Shown: piece by piece, positions 38,023 to 49,180 of the stretch | How positions within the stretch are numbered: position 1 is the first letter of the stretch | How the letters are laid out: each line of letters begins with the position of its first letter | Source: Longimicrobiales bacterium | GTDB lineage: Bacteria; Gemmatimonadota; Gemmatimonadetes; Longimicrobiales; RSA9 | NCBI GenBank assembly: GCA_050732695.1 | Contig: JBOHRL010000079.1 | Coordinates: 1-61,590, forward strand | Direction: 5' to 3' | Length of the DNA: 61,590 bases | Position numbers and translations under genes: made by a program | The notes under the pieces: generated by a model | What the model was told of the DNA's origin: nothing | Databases searched by the model: none | Seen by the model: the letters and a program-made list of their open reading frames with translations, nothing else

Positions 38023-39378
38023 ATGGTTGCAATGAAGGGACACACGGAATTCGCGATCATCGGGTCGGGACCGGGTGGCGCCGGGCTGGCTCGTGCACTG
38101 GCGCGCGCCGGCCGCCGCGTCGTACTCCTCGAACGCGGCCGTGACTGGCGACGTCACCCACTCTACGGCACCTATCCCGGTGCGCTTCTCTACGCCGACC
38201 GGAATGCGCTCCTGTTTACACGCGAAGGGATGAACGTCATTCGTCCGCTCATGCTCGGCGGCGCGACGAGCATGTACTGCGGTTGCGCGGCCCAGCCGGC
38301 CCCGTGGTGGAAGACGCGGTACGGCATCGACCTGGATGCACACGCGCAGGCGATCACGAAGGAACTCGGCATTGCGCCGCTTCCGGCGGATCTGCGAGGC
38401 GGGGCGTCGACGCGCATCGCAGAGGCGGGCATCGCGATGGGAATGCCATGGGCAGCACAGGACAAGTTCGTGTTTCCAGAGCGTGCACACTTCGATTGCG
38501 GCGCCCATTGCATGCTCGGCTGCCGGTGCGGAGCCAAATGGAACGCCGCCGAATTCGTGGATGATGCGATGGCCGCTGGCTGCGCGGTACACACGAGGGC
38601 GTATGTCGAACGCATCGACATCGAAGATGGCCATGCGACGGGCGTCAGCGGCAGAATGCGTGGCCGTCCGTTCTCGCTGCGCGCCGATACCGTCATCTGC
38701 GCTGCCGGCGGGATTGGCTCGGCTCGCCTGCTGCGCGCATCCGGCCTCGACGCAGCCGGTCGTGGCATGGCGATGGACACGACTGTGATGGTTTACGGCC
38801 ATGCACCGTTCCCTGGCATGGGCAGTGATCCGCCCATGACATGGAGTGCGCCCGATGATGAGCTGGGTGTTCTCTACTCGACGCTCATCGACCCCTGGCT
38901 CATGTATCCCATCATCCTCGCCACCAAGGCTCCTGCTTATTCACTGACCTGGCACCGCTATGGCCGGACCGTCGGCGTCATGATCAAGCTGCACGATGAA
39001 ATCAGCGGCGACGTCGGACTGCGCGAAATCCACAAGGGGTTGACGCCAGCCGATCGCGAGCGTCTTTCCCGCGCCGAGACCGTCGCCAGACAACTATTGC
39101 AACGCGTGGGCTGCCGGCCGGCAACCGTGTTCATGACACCGCTCCGTGGAACGCACCCGTCGGCGACCGTGCGCATCGACACGATGCTGACGCGCGATCT
39201 CGAGACGGAGGTTCGTAACCTGTTCGTATGTGATGCCAGTGTGTTTCCACAGGCGCTGGCACGCCCGACCGTGCTCACGATCCTTGCACTCGCCAGGCGG
39301 CTTGCGGGGCACCTTCTCGAGAAGGATCAGGCCGGCAAACGCGAGGTGGGCGAGTCAATGCGGGTGGACGGGTTGTAG
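38023..39378 (+). CDS. GMC-family FAD-dependent oxidoreductase
   Basis: Rossmann motif FAIIGSGPGGAGLARALARAGRRVVLLERG, plus a GMC C-terminal region. The ATG at 38023 is in frame with ORF 37879-39378 (GTG start in the track). Confidence 0.85.
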   Translation: MVAMKGHTEFAIIGSGPGGAGLARALARAGRRVVLLERGRDWRRHPLYGTYPGALLYADRNALLFTREGMNVIRPLMLGGATSMYCGCAAQPAPWWKTRYGIDLDAHAQAITKELGIAPLPADLRGGASTRIAEAGIAMGMPWAAQDKFVFPERAHFDCGAHCMLGCRCGAKWNAAEFVDDAMAAGCAVHTRAYVERIDIEDGHATGVSGRMRGRPFSLRADTVICAAGGIGSARLLRASGLDAAGRGMAMDTTVMVYGHAPFPGMGSDPPMTWSAPDDELGVLYSTLIDPWLMYPIILATKAPAYSLTWHRYGRTVGVMIKLHDEISGDVGLREIHKGLTPADRERLSRAETVARQLLQRVGCRPATVFMTPLRGTHPSATVRIDTMLTRDLETEVRNLFVCDASVFPQALARPTVLTILALARRLAGHLLEKDQAGKREVGESMRVDGL

Positions 39379-39592
39379 GCCGGATCCTGTCCGCTCGCGG
39401 GACTCGAACGTCCGAACGCGACCAGCCGGAGCGGGGCAGAACGCGGACGAGGTAACGTAAGATCAGTATTCTCAGCAGGATAGTGGTCAGCCTTCGACGG
39501 CACGCTTTCTTCGTGGGCGATGCGACGGGCGGCAACGTCGTTCATGAGCCATCCGGCCGGTCCGTCCCGTGTCCATCCACAGGGGTTGTTCC

Positions 39593-42013
39593 ATGGGCTT
39601 CGATTTCCGATACGCACTTCGGATGCTTCGCAAGCGGCCGTGGTTCTCGTTCGTGGTCGTGCTTACGATCGGACTCGGGATCGCGGCGACGACAACGGCG
39701 TTCAGCGTCGTGCACGCGGTGCTTCTCGAGCCGCTGCCGTACCCGGAGCCCGAGGACCTGGTCTACGTGTGGGAGCACAACGTCGTGCGAGGCCGGGACC
39801 GGAATGTGGTCTCGCCCGCGAACTACATCACATGGCGAGAGCAGGGGGCGGCGTTCGAGTCGGTGGCGGCATTCGTGGCGAGCAGTTCGACGATCACGGG
39901 GGACGGGGAACCAGAGCGGATCGGCCAGATGACGGTCACCGCGGGATTCTTCGATCTGCTGGGCGCATTTCCGTTGCGAGGCCGGCTGTTCCAGCCGGGT
40001 GAGGATCGGGCGGGCGCCCCGCCCGTCGCCGTGCTCGGCGAAGAGTTCTGGCGAAGCCGGTTCGGCGCCGACGCATCGGTTGTCGGACATACGATCATAC
40101 TGAACGACGAACCGGTGGAAGTCGTGGGCGTTCTGCCGGCGTCGTTCCATTTCGATGTCCAGCAAGGATTCGGGTTCACGGGCACGTACGACGTGTGGGT
40201 CCCGTTCCCCGAGGCGGAAGAACATCGCACGTCGAGTGGTCGCTACCTGACTGTGATCGCGCGACTCGCGGCCGGGATGGATGTCGGCGCGGCGCAGCGG
40301 TCGATGGAGCGGCTTGCGGAGCGCCTCGAACAGGAGTTCCCCGATCGCCAGACCGGCTGGACTGTCAACGTCGTGCCGATGCGAGACCAGGTCGTGGGCG
40401 ATGTGTCGCAGGCACTGCTCGTCATCTTCGGCGCCGTCACGTTCGTGCTCCTGATAGCCTGCGCGAACGTAGCAAACCTGTTGCTGACCCGCGCAACGGA
40501 ACGACACCAGGAAGTGGCCGTGCGCGCGGCGCTGGGAGCGAGCCGGGCCCGCATCGTACGACAGCTCGTGGCCGAGAGCATCACCCTCGCACTGGTGGGC
40601 GGCACAGCCGGACTCGTGCTTTCGGCATGGGGAATTGGTGTGCTCCAGGCTCTCAACCCCGACATTCCGCGCCTCGAAACCGTGCAGATGAGCGCACCGG
40701 TACTCGCGTTCGCGGTGGGAATCACATTGCTCACGGGACTCCTGTTCGGGCTGGCGCCGATCTCTCATGTGATGCGCTCGAATCTGGCTGTCTGGCTGCG
40801 CGGCCGAATGGGGGATGGCGGGCGGCGTGAGGCGAGGCGAATGCGCGGTGCGCTCGTCGTGACGGAGATCGCGTTGTCCCTGATTCTGCTCATCGGCGCA
40901 GGCCTGCTCGGCCGCAGCCTGTTGCGCCTGATCGATGTCGGCGTCGGCTTCGATACGGCCCGCCTGCTCGTGGCGACCGTGAATCTGCCCGGTGCTCGCT
41001 ACGAAGAGGAGGCGTCGCGAGTCGCGTTCTTCGACGACCTCGTCGAACGAGTGCAGAACCTGCCTCGTGTGGAGTCGGCGAGCGCGATCACATTCCCACC
41101 GCTGGGCGGAGTCGGTTCAGGCACCAGCTTCTGGGCGAATGACCGGCCAGTCCCGCCAGCGGGCCAACGACCCGTCGCCGACATCCGGTGGGTGCACCGC
41201 GACTACCACTCGACGATGGGTATCTCGATCGTGAGTGGCCGCACGTTCGACGAAACGGACGGCCCCGGCGCACCGCTGCGCGTCGTGATCAGCGAGGCGA
41301 CGCAGGAAGAGATCTGGCCGGGCGAAAACGCGATCGGCCGCACCGTGACGATGCCGTGGGACGAGGACCGCGTTGCTGAAGTCATTGGCGTCGTACGCGA
41401 CATCAAGCACAACGGTCCCAGCGATGTGCCGCGTTCCATGCTATACTGGAACTACGCGCAGTTCATGGCTTTCAACATCATGACGCTCGTCGTGCGGACA
41501 TCGGGCGATCCGCTCTCTGTACTACCCGCGATCCGAACACAAACGGCAGACATCGATCCGACGATCCCGCTGTTTGCTGTGCGAACCATGGAAGAGAACC
41601 TGTCCGCGGCGTTGACGCGCGCGCGATTCGCGGCCGTGAGTCTCGGTGTTTTCGCGACCGTCGCACTGCTGCTCGCTCTCATCGGCATCTATGGCGTCAT
41701 GTCGTACGCGACCGGTCAACGCATCAACGAGTTCGGTGTTCGACTCGCGCTGGGTGCAGACCCCGGCGACGTCGTCCGCCTGGTGCTGCGCCAGGGCCTC
41801 TTGCTCATCATCATTGCCGTCGGTCTTGGCATCCTCGGTGCGCTTGCGCTCACACGGGTCCTTCAGAACCTCGTCTTCGAGGTCGACCCGCTCGATCCCG
41901 TCACGTTCGTCAGCATGGCAACATTGCTCGCCCTCACAGCGCTGGCCGCGTGCTGGATTCCGGCGCACCGGGCAAGCGTCGTGAGTCCGGTCCGGGCGAT
42001 GCGAACCGAATAG
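39593..42013 (+). CDS. MacB-like ABC transporter permease with two MacB_PCD and two FtsX domains (~800 aa; no cognate ATPase adjacent)
   Basis: N-terminus MGFDFRYALRMLRKRPWFSFVVVLTIGLGIAATTTAF. FtsX blocks (ACANVANLLLTRATERHQEVAVRAALGASRARIVRQL and IGIYGVMSYATGQRINEFGVRLALGADPGDVVRLVL). Confidence 0.85.
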   Translation: MGFDFRYALRMLRKRPWFSFVVVLTIGLGIAATTTAFSVVHAVLLEPLPYPEPEDLVYVWEHNVVRGRDRNVVSPANYITWREQGAAFESVAAFVASSSTITGDGEPERIGQMTVTAGFFDLLGAFPLRGRLFQPGEDRAGAPPVAVLGEEFWRSRFGADASVVGHTIILNDEPVEVVGVLPASFHFDVQQGFGFTGTYDVWVPFPEAEEHRTSSGRYLTVIARLAAGMDVGAAQRSMERLAERLEQEFPDRQTGWTVNVVPMRDQVVGDVSQALLVIFGAVTFVLLIACANVANLLLTRATERHQEVAVRAALGASRARIVRQLVAESITLALVGGTAGLVLSAWGIGVLQALNPDIPRLETVQMSAPVLAFAVGITLLTGLLFGLAPISHVMRSNLAVWLRGRMGDGGRREARRMRGALVVTEIALSLILLIGAGLLGRSLLRLIDVGVGFDTARLLVATVNLPGARYEEEASRVAFFDDLVERVQNLPRVESASAITFPPLGGVGSGTSFWANDRPVPPAGQRPVADIRWVHRDYHSTMGISIVSGRTFDETDGPGAPLRVVISEATQEEIWPGENAIGRTVTMPWDEDRVAEVIGVVRDIKHNGPSDVPRSMLYWNYAQFMAFNIMTLVVRTSGDPLSVLPAIRTQTADIDPTIPLFAVRTMEENLSAALTRARFAAVSLGVFATVALLLALIGIYGVMSYATGQRINEFGVRLALGADPGDVVRLVLRQGLLLIIIAVGLGILGALALTRVLQNLVFEVDPLDPVTFVSMATLLALTALAACWIPAHRASVVSPVRAMRTE

Positions 42014-42070
42014 GCGGTCGTGCGCCGGGGACACACTCCGGTGCAATCGAAGAGGACGGAATGACGAAGG

Positions 42071-42096
42071 GCCGGTGCGGTTCAACCCGCACCGGC
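42071..42096. terminator. Perfect 10-bp stem hairpin between convergent genes
   Basis: GCCGGTGCGG-ttcaac-CCGCACCGGC. Confidence 0.5.
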
Positions 42097-42124
42097 CCCG
42101 TTCGTCATCCAGAGAACGAACCCA

Positions 42125-43069
42125 TCAGGACGCAGCGCTCGCGGCGGTGAGCAGGATCGCCGTTTCGACTTCTTCGCTCGAGTCGACCTCGATGGTGATC
42201 GGTGAGGCGGGCTGCGCGGCGAACGTCAGGCCGTCGGGACCACGTAACTCGAGTGTATACGAGCCCGGTACGACCGCGCCGAACGACGCCGTGAACGTGC
42301 CATCGCCATCCGCATCCGCGAACGACACAACCTCGCCAGACGTCCCGGCTTGTGCGTCCACGCTCCGCAACTCGGCAGAGAACGATCCCAGTGTCACGGC
42401 GACTCCGCCCACGACGGGCAACGAGAGGCCGGCAGACAGGCCGAGGCTCGCTTCAAGCGAGGCGGCTGCGGCTACACTCGTTGCCTTCAATGACGGACTC
42501 ATGACCCACTTCCCGGAATTGCCTGCTTCCTTGCCGAATGTCTCGGCAACATCGAAGTCCACGAGAAGCGTCTCGTCATCGCCTTCGAGCTCGAGCGCGC
42601 CCTGGAAATGCACTTTGATTCCGCTCTGGCCGCAGCTCGGGCACTTCAGCTCGCCGTCCACCGTTTCAGGCGCTTCCTCATAGCCGGGCGTCGAGTACAC
42701 CTTCACGCCCGCGTCTGTCTCGACTTCGAGATATGCGCCGTCAATGACGAAGCGGATCTGGCCATAACTGCCCGCCGCAATGACCGCATTGTCGACCAGC
42801 GTAGCCACGTCGTTCGAAAGCGTGAGCAGGTCCGTTGTGATCGGCTCCGTGCGCAGATAAATGCGCCCGCTCTCGCCGGCCGCTTCATCCTCGCTCGATC
42901 CACCCTGCAAATAGATCGACGAGATGGTCACTACGGCTGCGCTCACATCACCGGGCGCGTCCGTCAGCAGGATCGTAACGCGCGCGTCGTCATCACCGTT
43001 GAATCCGGTGTCGTCGCACGCTACGGCGAACGTCGAAGCGGCGACTGCTAACATTGCCAACCTGCGCAT
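42125..43069 (-). CDS. DUF4382-like lipoprotein
   Basis: Start at MRRLAMLAVAASTFAVAC (lipobox), then VTILLTDAPGD...VVTISSIYLQG..., typical of DUF4382. Confidence 0.6.
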   Translation of the reverse strand: MRRLAMLAVAASTFAVACDDTGFNGDDDARVTILLTDAPGDVSAAVVTISSIYLQGGSSEDEAAGESGRIYLRTEPITTDLLTLSNDVATLVDNAVIAAGSYGQIRFVIDGAYLEVETDAGVKVYSTPGYEEAPETVDGELKCPSCGQSGIKVHFQGALELEGDDETLLVDFDVAETFGKEAGNSGKWVMSPSLKATSVAAAASLEASLGLSAGLSLPVVGGVAVTLGSFSAELRSVDAQAGTSGEVVSFADADGDGTFTASFGAVVPGSYTLELRGPDGLTFAAQPASPITIEVDSSEEVETAILLTAASAAS

Positions 43070-43308
43070 GCGGGTCCTCCCCCGAGATGAGTCTGAATTG
43101 TGCGCGGTGTGTTGCTGCCGTGCCGCGCCCGTTGTTCCGGCGCCACAATTCGGATCCCGGGTGCGCGCCGTCACAGCGGCAAGGAAACGCGGCAGGACTC
43201 GTGCCGCTTCGACATCGTGTGGGTGAACGTCTCATGCGACAATGACTTGGCTGTCATGCGCGGGACCCATGAGGAACCGCTCATCCGGCCACTCTTTTCA
43301 AAACGATC

Positions 43309-44538
43309 CTATCTCTCGCTTCGATCCGGCACGCCGCGGGCGCCGGAGGCGGGGGCGTAACCTGTCATTTCGACGAAGCCCCGGCCGTGAACGGGCATTC
43401 GTTCGCGTACCCCCCGGATACCGACGGCGCCCTCCCAATAACGAATCGTGAGATCGAGTTCCTGGCCGGAAAGCAGTGGTTCGAGTTCGAGGTCCATCTC
43501 CAGCGCAGGTACACGAATTCGCCATGCCGAGGGGTACTCCGTTCCGCCGATCGGACTCGCCCATGATGCGGTCGATTCGATGGTGAACTCGTTCGCCGCG
43601 ATCGAAAACGTCGTCCCATCGGCGGCGCTGAACGTGCCTGCGCTGAACGGATCGGTCGCGCCGCCGGCCCGCCGCAGACGATAGAGCATGAGTTCCGATC
43701 CGTCATCGAGCTGGAGTGCGAACCAATCCCAGCCATCGAGGCCGGCGCGCAACGCGTTCGTGCTCCACTCGCGATCGAGCCAGCTCGACCCGCTCACGGG
43801 ATAGGTTCGATCCTCGATGCGCACCGTCCCCGTTGTGGGCATTCGCGTCAACGAGTAGTACCAGGAAGCGTTCCCTGGTTCGGGTCCCTTACGACTGAGT
43901 CCGTCCCCACCATGCAGAACGGGCGGTTTGCCTGCGTTGAGGATCAGATCGATCGCGACGGGTCCATCGGCTGCGCGAAGCCGTACGGGGAATGCGTAAC
44001 TGTCTGGTACGCTCTCGATGCTCCAGTCCTCGACATGGACGCGCAGCGGTGAAGACGTCACGCCGGCGAGCCCGAGTGCACCGCGCGCGAAGCGTTCGAA
44101 CGCGTGAAACCGGCCGGCCTCCGCATCGCTCAGCGCAAAGTGAGCCATCCATGCCTGCCGTGCACTCCATGCCGACAAGCGTTCCGGTGAATCGGAGGGT
44201 GGGGCGAGCGCACTCCGGAAGAAGGTGAGCTGGTATCCGAAGCGCCGGCCGTCCTCGGTCTCGAGGTGTCCGGTCACATACCACCATTCGGTGCGGAACC
44301 CGGGGTGTGAAGCGTGATCGTCAGGAAAACGAAAGTCGCGGGAACCGGCGGCCATGGCATAACCCGCAGTGTCACCGGTGACGAGCACGTCGGCGAGAGA
44401 CAGCGTTGTGCGGACTGTTTGCGGCGCGCGCGATCGGCCGGCGTACAGCGCAAGCGCAAAGAGCGCGATCGCTGCCACGACGAAGATGGCAAGGAGCGGG
44501 CGCGCCACGGGATCCCGAGGGCTGCCGGCACGCATCAT
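43309..44538 (-). CDS. AttH/CrtC-like lipocalin-domain protein (hydroxyneurosporene synthase family fold), last gene of the ABC operon
   Basis: FRFPDDHASHPGFRTEWWYVTGHLETEDGRRFGYQLTFF is the AttH/CrtC N-terminal signature. N-terminal TM/signal. Overlaps the permease stop. Confidence 0.75.
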   Translation of the reverse strand: MMRAGSPRDPVARPLLAIFVVAAIALFALALYAGRSRAPQTVRTTLSLADVLVTGDTAGYAMAAGSRDFRFPDDHASHPGFRTEWWYVTGHLETEDGRRFGYQLTFFRSALAPPSDSPERLSAWSARQAWMAHFALSDAEAGRFHAFERFARGALGLAGVTSSPLRVHVEDWSIESVPDSYAFPVRLRAADGPVAIDLILNAGKPPVLHGGDGLSRKGPEPGNASWYYSLTRMPTTGTVRIEDRTYPVSGSSWLDREWSTNALRAGLDGWDWFALQLDDGSELMLYRLRRAGGATDPFSAGTFSAADGTTFSIAANEFTIESTASWASPIGGTEYPSAWRIRVPALEMDLELEPLLSGQELDLTIRYWEGAVGIRGVRERMPVHGRGFVEMTGYAPASGARGVPDRSER

Positions 44539-47084
44539 TCCTCACGCAGCGCATCGGCCGGCCGGAGCCGCGCGATGCGAAGGGCCGGCCACAACCCGGC
44601 AAGAAGGGCTGCAACGATGGCGAGCGCAACGGACTCGGCCAGTGCTCCGGCATCGAAGCGCAGATCGATGGTCCAGCCGAAGGCGCGCCGGTTGATGACG
44701 CCGACCATGGCCCAGCTCAGGACGAAAGCGAGCGGAACGGCGAACACGCCCGACACGGCACCGAGAAACGCGGACTGTAAGAGGACGATTCCGCCGACCT
44801 GGCCGGGCGTGAAACCGGTCGCACGCAGCACGCCGAGTTCGCGTGTGCGCTCGAGCTGGAGTGCCAGCAGTGCCGCGAGCACGCCCGCCAGCGCGACAAG
44901 CAAGGCGAGCGCGCGCAATACGGCAGTGATCGCAAACGTACGGTCGAACACGCGCAGCGTCGCGGCGCGCACCCCGCCGGCAGGCTGAAAAAGGAGGTCG
45001 GTCCCACCGGCATCGATCTGCCGCAGTCGATCCAGCAGCACGAGCGCATCGGTGTTCCCATTCGCGAAGACGCCGATCGATGAGATGCCGGACTCCGGCC
45101 ACAACGCGGTGTACTTTGAACGATCGAGAAATGCGATGCCGAACTCGGTGGCGTAATCCCGGAATACGCCAGCAATCTCGAATCGGTGCATTCCGGGAGG
45201 ACCAGGCAGGTCCAGAGAGTCGCCCGGCTGCAGCTCGTACCGCCAGGCAAGTGGCTCCGAGATCAACAGGGCGCCCCGGTCAAAAGCGAGCCATGCGGCT
45301 TCCGCATCGCCTTCAATCCAATGGAACGCAGCGCGGTGCGCCGGGAAGAACTCCGCGCCGATGAGCCGGACCGGCCCGTCATCGCGTTCGATCATACTGA
45401 TTCGGTACGTCGACACGCCTGCAACGCCGGGCACGGCGAGAACGCGCGCAACAAGGGCGGAATCGAGTTTCGATTCGCGCCGGTTCGCGCCCGACGATGG
45501 CGTTGCAATGTAGACGTCGGCGAGCAGCGTCGTGTCGAGCCACCGTTCAACGCTGTCGCGGAAACTGGCAATCATGATGGCGATGGCGGCGCCAGCTGCG
45601 ATCGCGACAGTGAGCGCGGCAATGGCGGGGCCGGTCCGGGACAACGTCCTCGCAACGCCGCCGGCGGCCATACGTCCGACCAGACCGAGGACGCGCCCGG
45701 CGGCGGGTTGGATGGCGTGCACGAAACCGATCGTGCACCATGGCGTGAGCAGCGCAGCACCAAAGAGCAGGCCAAACATGGCGGCCAGCCCGAGAGTGAG
45801 GCTACGAACGGGCAGCCACAATGCGACGAGGGCGGCGGCGCTCATGGCGAGGCCGAGGCGTCCGGCTCGCCGCGCAATACGGTGTGTGCCTTCCTCGAGG
45901 ACGGAGCGGAGGAGAGCGTTGCGCGGCGAAGTCGCGGCGGCCTCACGAGCCGCGGGCAGTGCGGCCAGCACCGTCGCGCCGACACCGAGCAGCACGGCCC
46001 GCGCGATCGTTCCTGGCGGGAGCGAGACGCCGGTCACGCTCACACGAAAGTAGAGATCATTGATCGTACGCGTGACAAGATGGATGAGAGTACCGCCGAG
46101 CCATCGTCCCGCGAACAGGCCTAGCAACGTGGCTACGACACCAATTACGGCGGCTTCGATCAGAACGAGACGCAACACTTCCGATCGGGTAACACCCTGT
46201 GCACGCAGCAGTCCGAACAACGTGCGCCGCTGCACGACGCTGAACGTCATGCTGTTGTAGATCAGAAACGTGCCGAAGACGAGAGCGAGCAGGCCGAGGG
46301 CGGTGAGATTGAGTTCGAAGGCGCGGCTCATAGCGGCCGTCGCAGCGGTTCTCGATTCGACCGATGCGAGGCGCGAACCCGGAGGAAGCAGGGCGCGAAT
46401 GCGGTCGAGGATCGCTCCAGCAGCCGGACCGGCAGGCAGGCGCAGGTCGATGCGGTCGATGTGGCCGACCGTACCAAGCAGTTCCTGTGCAGTCGAGATG
46501 TCTGCAATCAGCACATCCGCGATCGCGTGGCCGGACAGTGCATCCGCAGGATCGAGTGTGCCCGCGAGCAGGACGGTACGCGGCGCGCCATTGATTCGTA
46601 CGACGAACGAATCGCCGGCCGTGAGACCGAGATCGATCGCGGTCTCGCCAGACAGCAGCACGGCGCCCGGTTGCGCGATGATGCCACCCGGTGTCGGGCC
46701 GGCTGACACCACGTTGGCATAGGGGCGAAACGGCGCTTCAGCGAACGGATCCACGCCGAGCAGGCGCAGCGTGCGAGTGGAACTGTCTGACACAACGCGC
46801 ACGATGCCTTCCACGACAGGCGCCGACGTACGGATCCCGGCACCGATGCGCAAACGGACATAGACCGAGTCCGCGAGGCCGGACGGCCCACCCGTGATCT
46901 GGTGTGTCGCGCGCCCGGTCACCGCATCGACGGAGAGCAGGAATGCGCGCCGTGCGCTCGCGATGGAAAGATCCACTGCGACGACGACCGCCACGCCGAG
47001 GCCGATGCCCAGAATGGCCAGCCCCAGCTGCCACCGGTGCCTCTCAAAATGGCGCAGGCTCGCTCGCCACAGCAACGCCGTCAC
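44535..47084 (-). CDS. ABC transporter permease with two FtsX domains (YbbP/AttG-like)
   Basis: 849 aa with TM1 then periplasmic domains. FtsX blocks ([44 protein letters not shown] and C-terminal [29 protein letters not shown]). Overlaps the ATPase stop. Confidence 0.85.
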   Translation of the reverse strand: MTALLWRASLRHFERHRWQLGLAILGIGLGVAVVVAVDLSIASARRAFLLSVDAVTGRATHQITGGPSGLADSVYVRLRIGAGIRTSAPVVEGIVRVVSDSSTRTLRLLGVDPFAEAPFRPYANVVSAGPTPGGIIAQPGAVLLSGETAIDLGLTAGDSFVVRINGAPRTVLLAGTLDPADALSGHAIADVLIADISTAQELLGTVGHIDRIDLRLPAGPAAGAILDRIRALLPPGSRLASVESRTAATAAMSRAFELNLTALGLLALVFGTFLIYNSMTFSVVQRRTLFGLLRAQGVTRSEVLRLVLIEAAVIGVVATLLGLFAGRWLGGTLIHLVTRTINDLYFRVSVTGVSLPPGTIARAVLLGVGATVLAALPAAREAAATSPRNALLRSVLEEGTHRIARRAGRLGLAMSAAALVALWLPVRSLTLGLAAMFGLLFGAALLTPWCTIGFVHAIQPAAGRVLGLVGRMAAGGVARTLSRTGPAIAALTVAIAAGAAIAIMIASFRDSVERWLDTTLLADVYIATPSSGANRRESKLDSALVARVLAVPGVAGVSTYRISMIERDDGPVRLIGAEFFPAHRAAFHWIEGDAEAAWLAFDRGALLISEPLAWRYELQPGDSLDLPGPPGMHRFEIAGVFRDYATEFGIAFLDRSKYTALWPESGISSIGVFANGNTDALVLLDRLRQIDAGGTDLLFQPAGGVRAATLRVFDRTFAITAVLRALALLVALAGVLAALLALQLERTRELGVLRATGFTPGQVGGIVLLQSAFLGAVSGVFAVPLAFVLSWAMVGVINRRAFGWTIDLRFDAGALAESVALAIVAALLAGLWPALRIARLRPADALREE

Positions 47085-47761
47085 CGCGGCACGCCCTCGT
47101 CGACCAGCGTCCCCCGCTCGAGCGCCAGTATGCGATCCGCTCGCTGAACCACGCGCTCGCCATGCGTGGCCACGATCAACGTACGCCCGGCATCTCGCGT
47201 CAACGAAACCAGCAGATCCAGCACGATCTCTCCGGTCCGCGCATCGACGTTGCCCGTCGGTTCATCGGCAAGTACAACGAGGGGTTCGTGCACGAGCGCA
47301 CGCGCGATCGCAACGCGCTGCTGCTCGCCACCGGACAGCCGGTCGGGATACGAGCCCGCGCGCTCTGCCAGACCCACCCGCTCGAGCCATGGCTCGACAT
47401 CCGACCGTCGCGACGGCAGCCCGTTCAGCTCGAGCGGCAGGCGCAGATTTTCCTCGACCGTCAGCGTCGGAATCAGATTGAAGAACTGGAAGACGAAGCC
47501 GATATGCCGTCGCCGGAAAAGCGTGCGCTCCCGCTCATCCAATGAGGTCAGTTCGACATTGCCGACGGTCACCGATCCCGAGTCCGGGCGATCGATTCCG
47601 CCAATCACGTTCAAAAGCGTCGATTTGCCGGACCCGCTCGGCCCGACCAGAGCCACGAATTCACCTCGTCCGATCGCCGCATTCACACCGTCGAGCACCA
47701 CGAGCGGGGTTTCGCCTTCGCGATACGTACGGGAAACCCCGTTCAGGTGGACCATCGTCAT
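47081..47761 (-). CDS. ABC transporter ATP-binding protein (MacB/LolD-like ATPase)
   Basis: Walker [10 protein letters not shown], signature [15 protein letters not shown], Walker [14 protein letters not shown]. Start at the internal Met [13 protein letters not shown]. Confidence 0.9.
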   Translation of the reverse strand: MTMVHLNGVSRTYREGETPLVVLDGVNAAIGRGEFVALVGPSGSGKSTLLNVIGGIDRPDSGSVTVGNVELTSLDERERTLFRRRHIGFVFQFFNLIPTLTVEENLRLPLELNGLPSRRSDVEPWLERVGLAERAGSYPDRLSGGEQQRVAIARALVHEPLVVLADEPTGNVDARTGEIVLDLLVSLTRDAGRTLIVATHGERVVQRADRILALERGTLVDEGVPR

Positions 47762-47863
47762 GCCGGGAAAATGGCAAGAAGAAATCGAGGCGTCCACGCT
47801 GGCGCCCGGGCGACCGAACTCTCGCGATCAACGGCAATCCCAACGTGGAGCGTGCAGCGAACG

Positions 47864-48202
47864 TCACCCCCGCGTCGCTGCACCCGGAGAAGATGCCTGC
47901 GACGACGCTGGTTCTGCCTGCGTGTTTCCAGCTTTCCGCATTGCGGCCTGCTTCAACGCGATCCGCTCGTCCATGTCGCGGACTTCAGCAACTTCAGCTT
48001 CGAATCCAGGCAGTGCCGGGCCCGACCGGCTCCGCTCGTACACACGCGCACCCATCGCGCGAAAGGTGGCTTCGCGCCGCCGCACCAGCCGCGTGATCTC
48101 AACCTTCAGCATGGCCGTCTCCGCCAGATCGCCGGCCTCGGTCTTCGCCCGGCCAAACCAGGTTCGCAATCGGCCAACCCATGCGTTCCGCTCGCTCTCC
48201 AT
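47864..48202 (-). CDS. Hypothetical small protein upstream of the ABC operon
   Basis: 112-aa ORF ([40 protein letters not shown]...) with strong GC3 codon bias and no better-scoring frame. Confidence 0.35.
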   Translation of the reverse strand: MESERNAWVGRLRTWFGRAKTEAGDLAETAMLKVEITRLVRRREATFRAMGARVYERSRSGPALPGFEAEVAEVRDMDERIALKQAAMRKAGNTQAEPASSQASSPGAATRG

Positions 48203-48261
48203 CGTCGCTTCCTCACGGACAGGGACGTCTCAAACCTGCTTTCCGGACGAGCGCCACGGCA

Positions 48262-48420
48262 AACCGGTTTCAGCGTGGCGCCCGGGGTGATCGGCCCCGC
48301 CGGGGGTTGTCGATTCGGCCGGCGAGCGCTGTCGAACGACCGGCGTGCCTGTCGATCGGCGGCGAGGGTTGTCGACCGGTCGGCGTGACGGTCGACCGAC
48401 CGGCGGCCACTCTTCGCTGC
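48262..48420. repeat. Array of ~5 degenerate ~20-bp direct repeats (TGTCGAnCGnCCGGCG-like) in an intergenic region
   Basis: TTGTCGATTCGGCCGGCGAGCGC / TGTCGAACGACCGGCGTGCC / TGTCGATCGGCGGCGAGGGT / TGTCGACCGGTCGGCGTGACG / GTCGACCGACCGGCGGCCAC in series. Confidence 0.45.
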
Positions 48421-48741
48421 GCATGGGTCAGATTGACAGTGGGTAGTCCCGTTCTAACATGTCGCTATTCGGGGCGGGGTACGATCCTTCCCGAGGTCTG
48501 CGCAGTGTTGACCGCGCAATAGCGCGCCGAAGCGGTCGAACGGATCGGAAGGAATGCATGGTTCTACGCGACAAATGGCGGTGTGAACAGCGTATGCACG
48601 GGCGCTGTGGCGTGGCGCGGCGCGTGACAGAGGGGTTGGCGCCGTCGGTGGTCGACGGTTCCCGTTGCGTCGTCGCACGCCGGCATGGCGCCGCCGGGAT
48701 CGCGAGTCGTGTCCCTGCAAGGGACTGAGTACGGAGGAATC

Positions 48742-49035
48742 ATGCGGAGTTCGAGGATGCGGTTGGTGCTGGTGTGTGCGTTGCTGGTGGGTGCGATGCA
48801 CGGAACAGCGAGGGCGGCGAGGGTTCTGGATTGTGCGGACTACGTGTCGACGACGCTCGAGGATGCGCCGGGGGTTGGTCACCTCATCGGGACGAAGACG
48901 GTGACGCACACGTACAACGCTTCACCGGGCGGCATCGGGGTGACGGTGAGTGAGACGTTCCAGGTCGGGGTCTACGACTTCGGTGGAAGCAGGGTGATGA
49001 TCGACTGCCGGGACTACCGTCGCTACCAGCTGTGA
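48742..49035 (+). CDS. Small secreted protein (97 aa) with terminal LDCADY / IDCRDY Cys motifs
   Basis: RBS GGAGG plus ATG at 48742. Signal peptide MRSSRMRLVLVCALLVGAMHGTARA. The ~70-aa mature region is beta-rich with Cys near both ends. Confidence 0.5.
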   Translation: MRSSRMRLVLVCALLVGAMHGTARAARVLDCADYVSTTLEDAPGVGHLIGTKTVTHTYNASPGGIGVTVSETFQVGVYDFGGSRVMIDCRDYRRYQL

Positions 49036-49180
49036 AGTGAGGTGCCGGGCCGTGGACGCGCGGCCCGGCACTGCGCCGCGACATGGTCGAACAGGAGGTC
49101 GTCGCGATGGTGGTGAAGTGGAGGGACGTCGTAGCGAACGGCGGCAGAAACGGGAACGACACAGATCGGATGGAGGCACG

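Noticed and set aside
39381-39430. tRNA-like string GCGGGACTCGAACGTCC (resembles the reverse complement of a T-arm)
   Set aside because: The flanks cannot be folded into acceptor/T/anticodon arms. There is no CCA or acceptor complementarity and the T-stem pairing fails.
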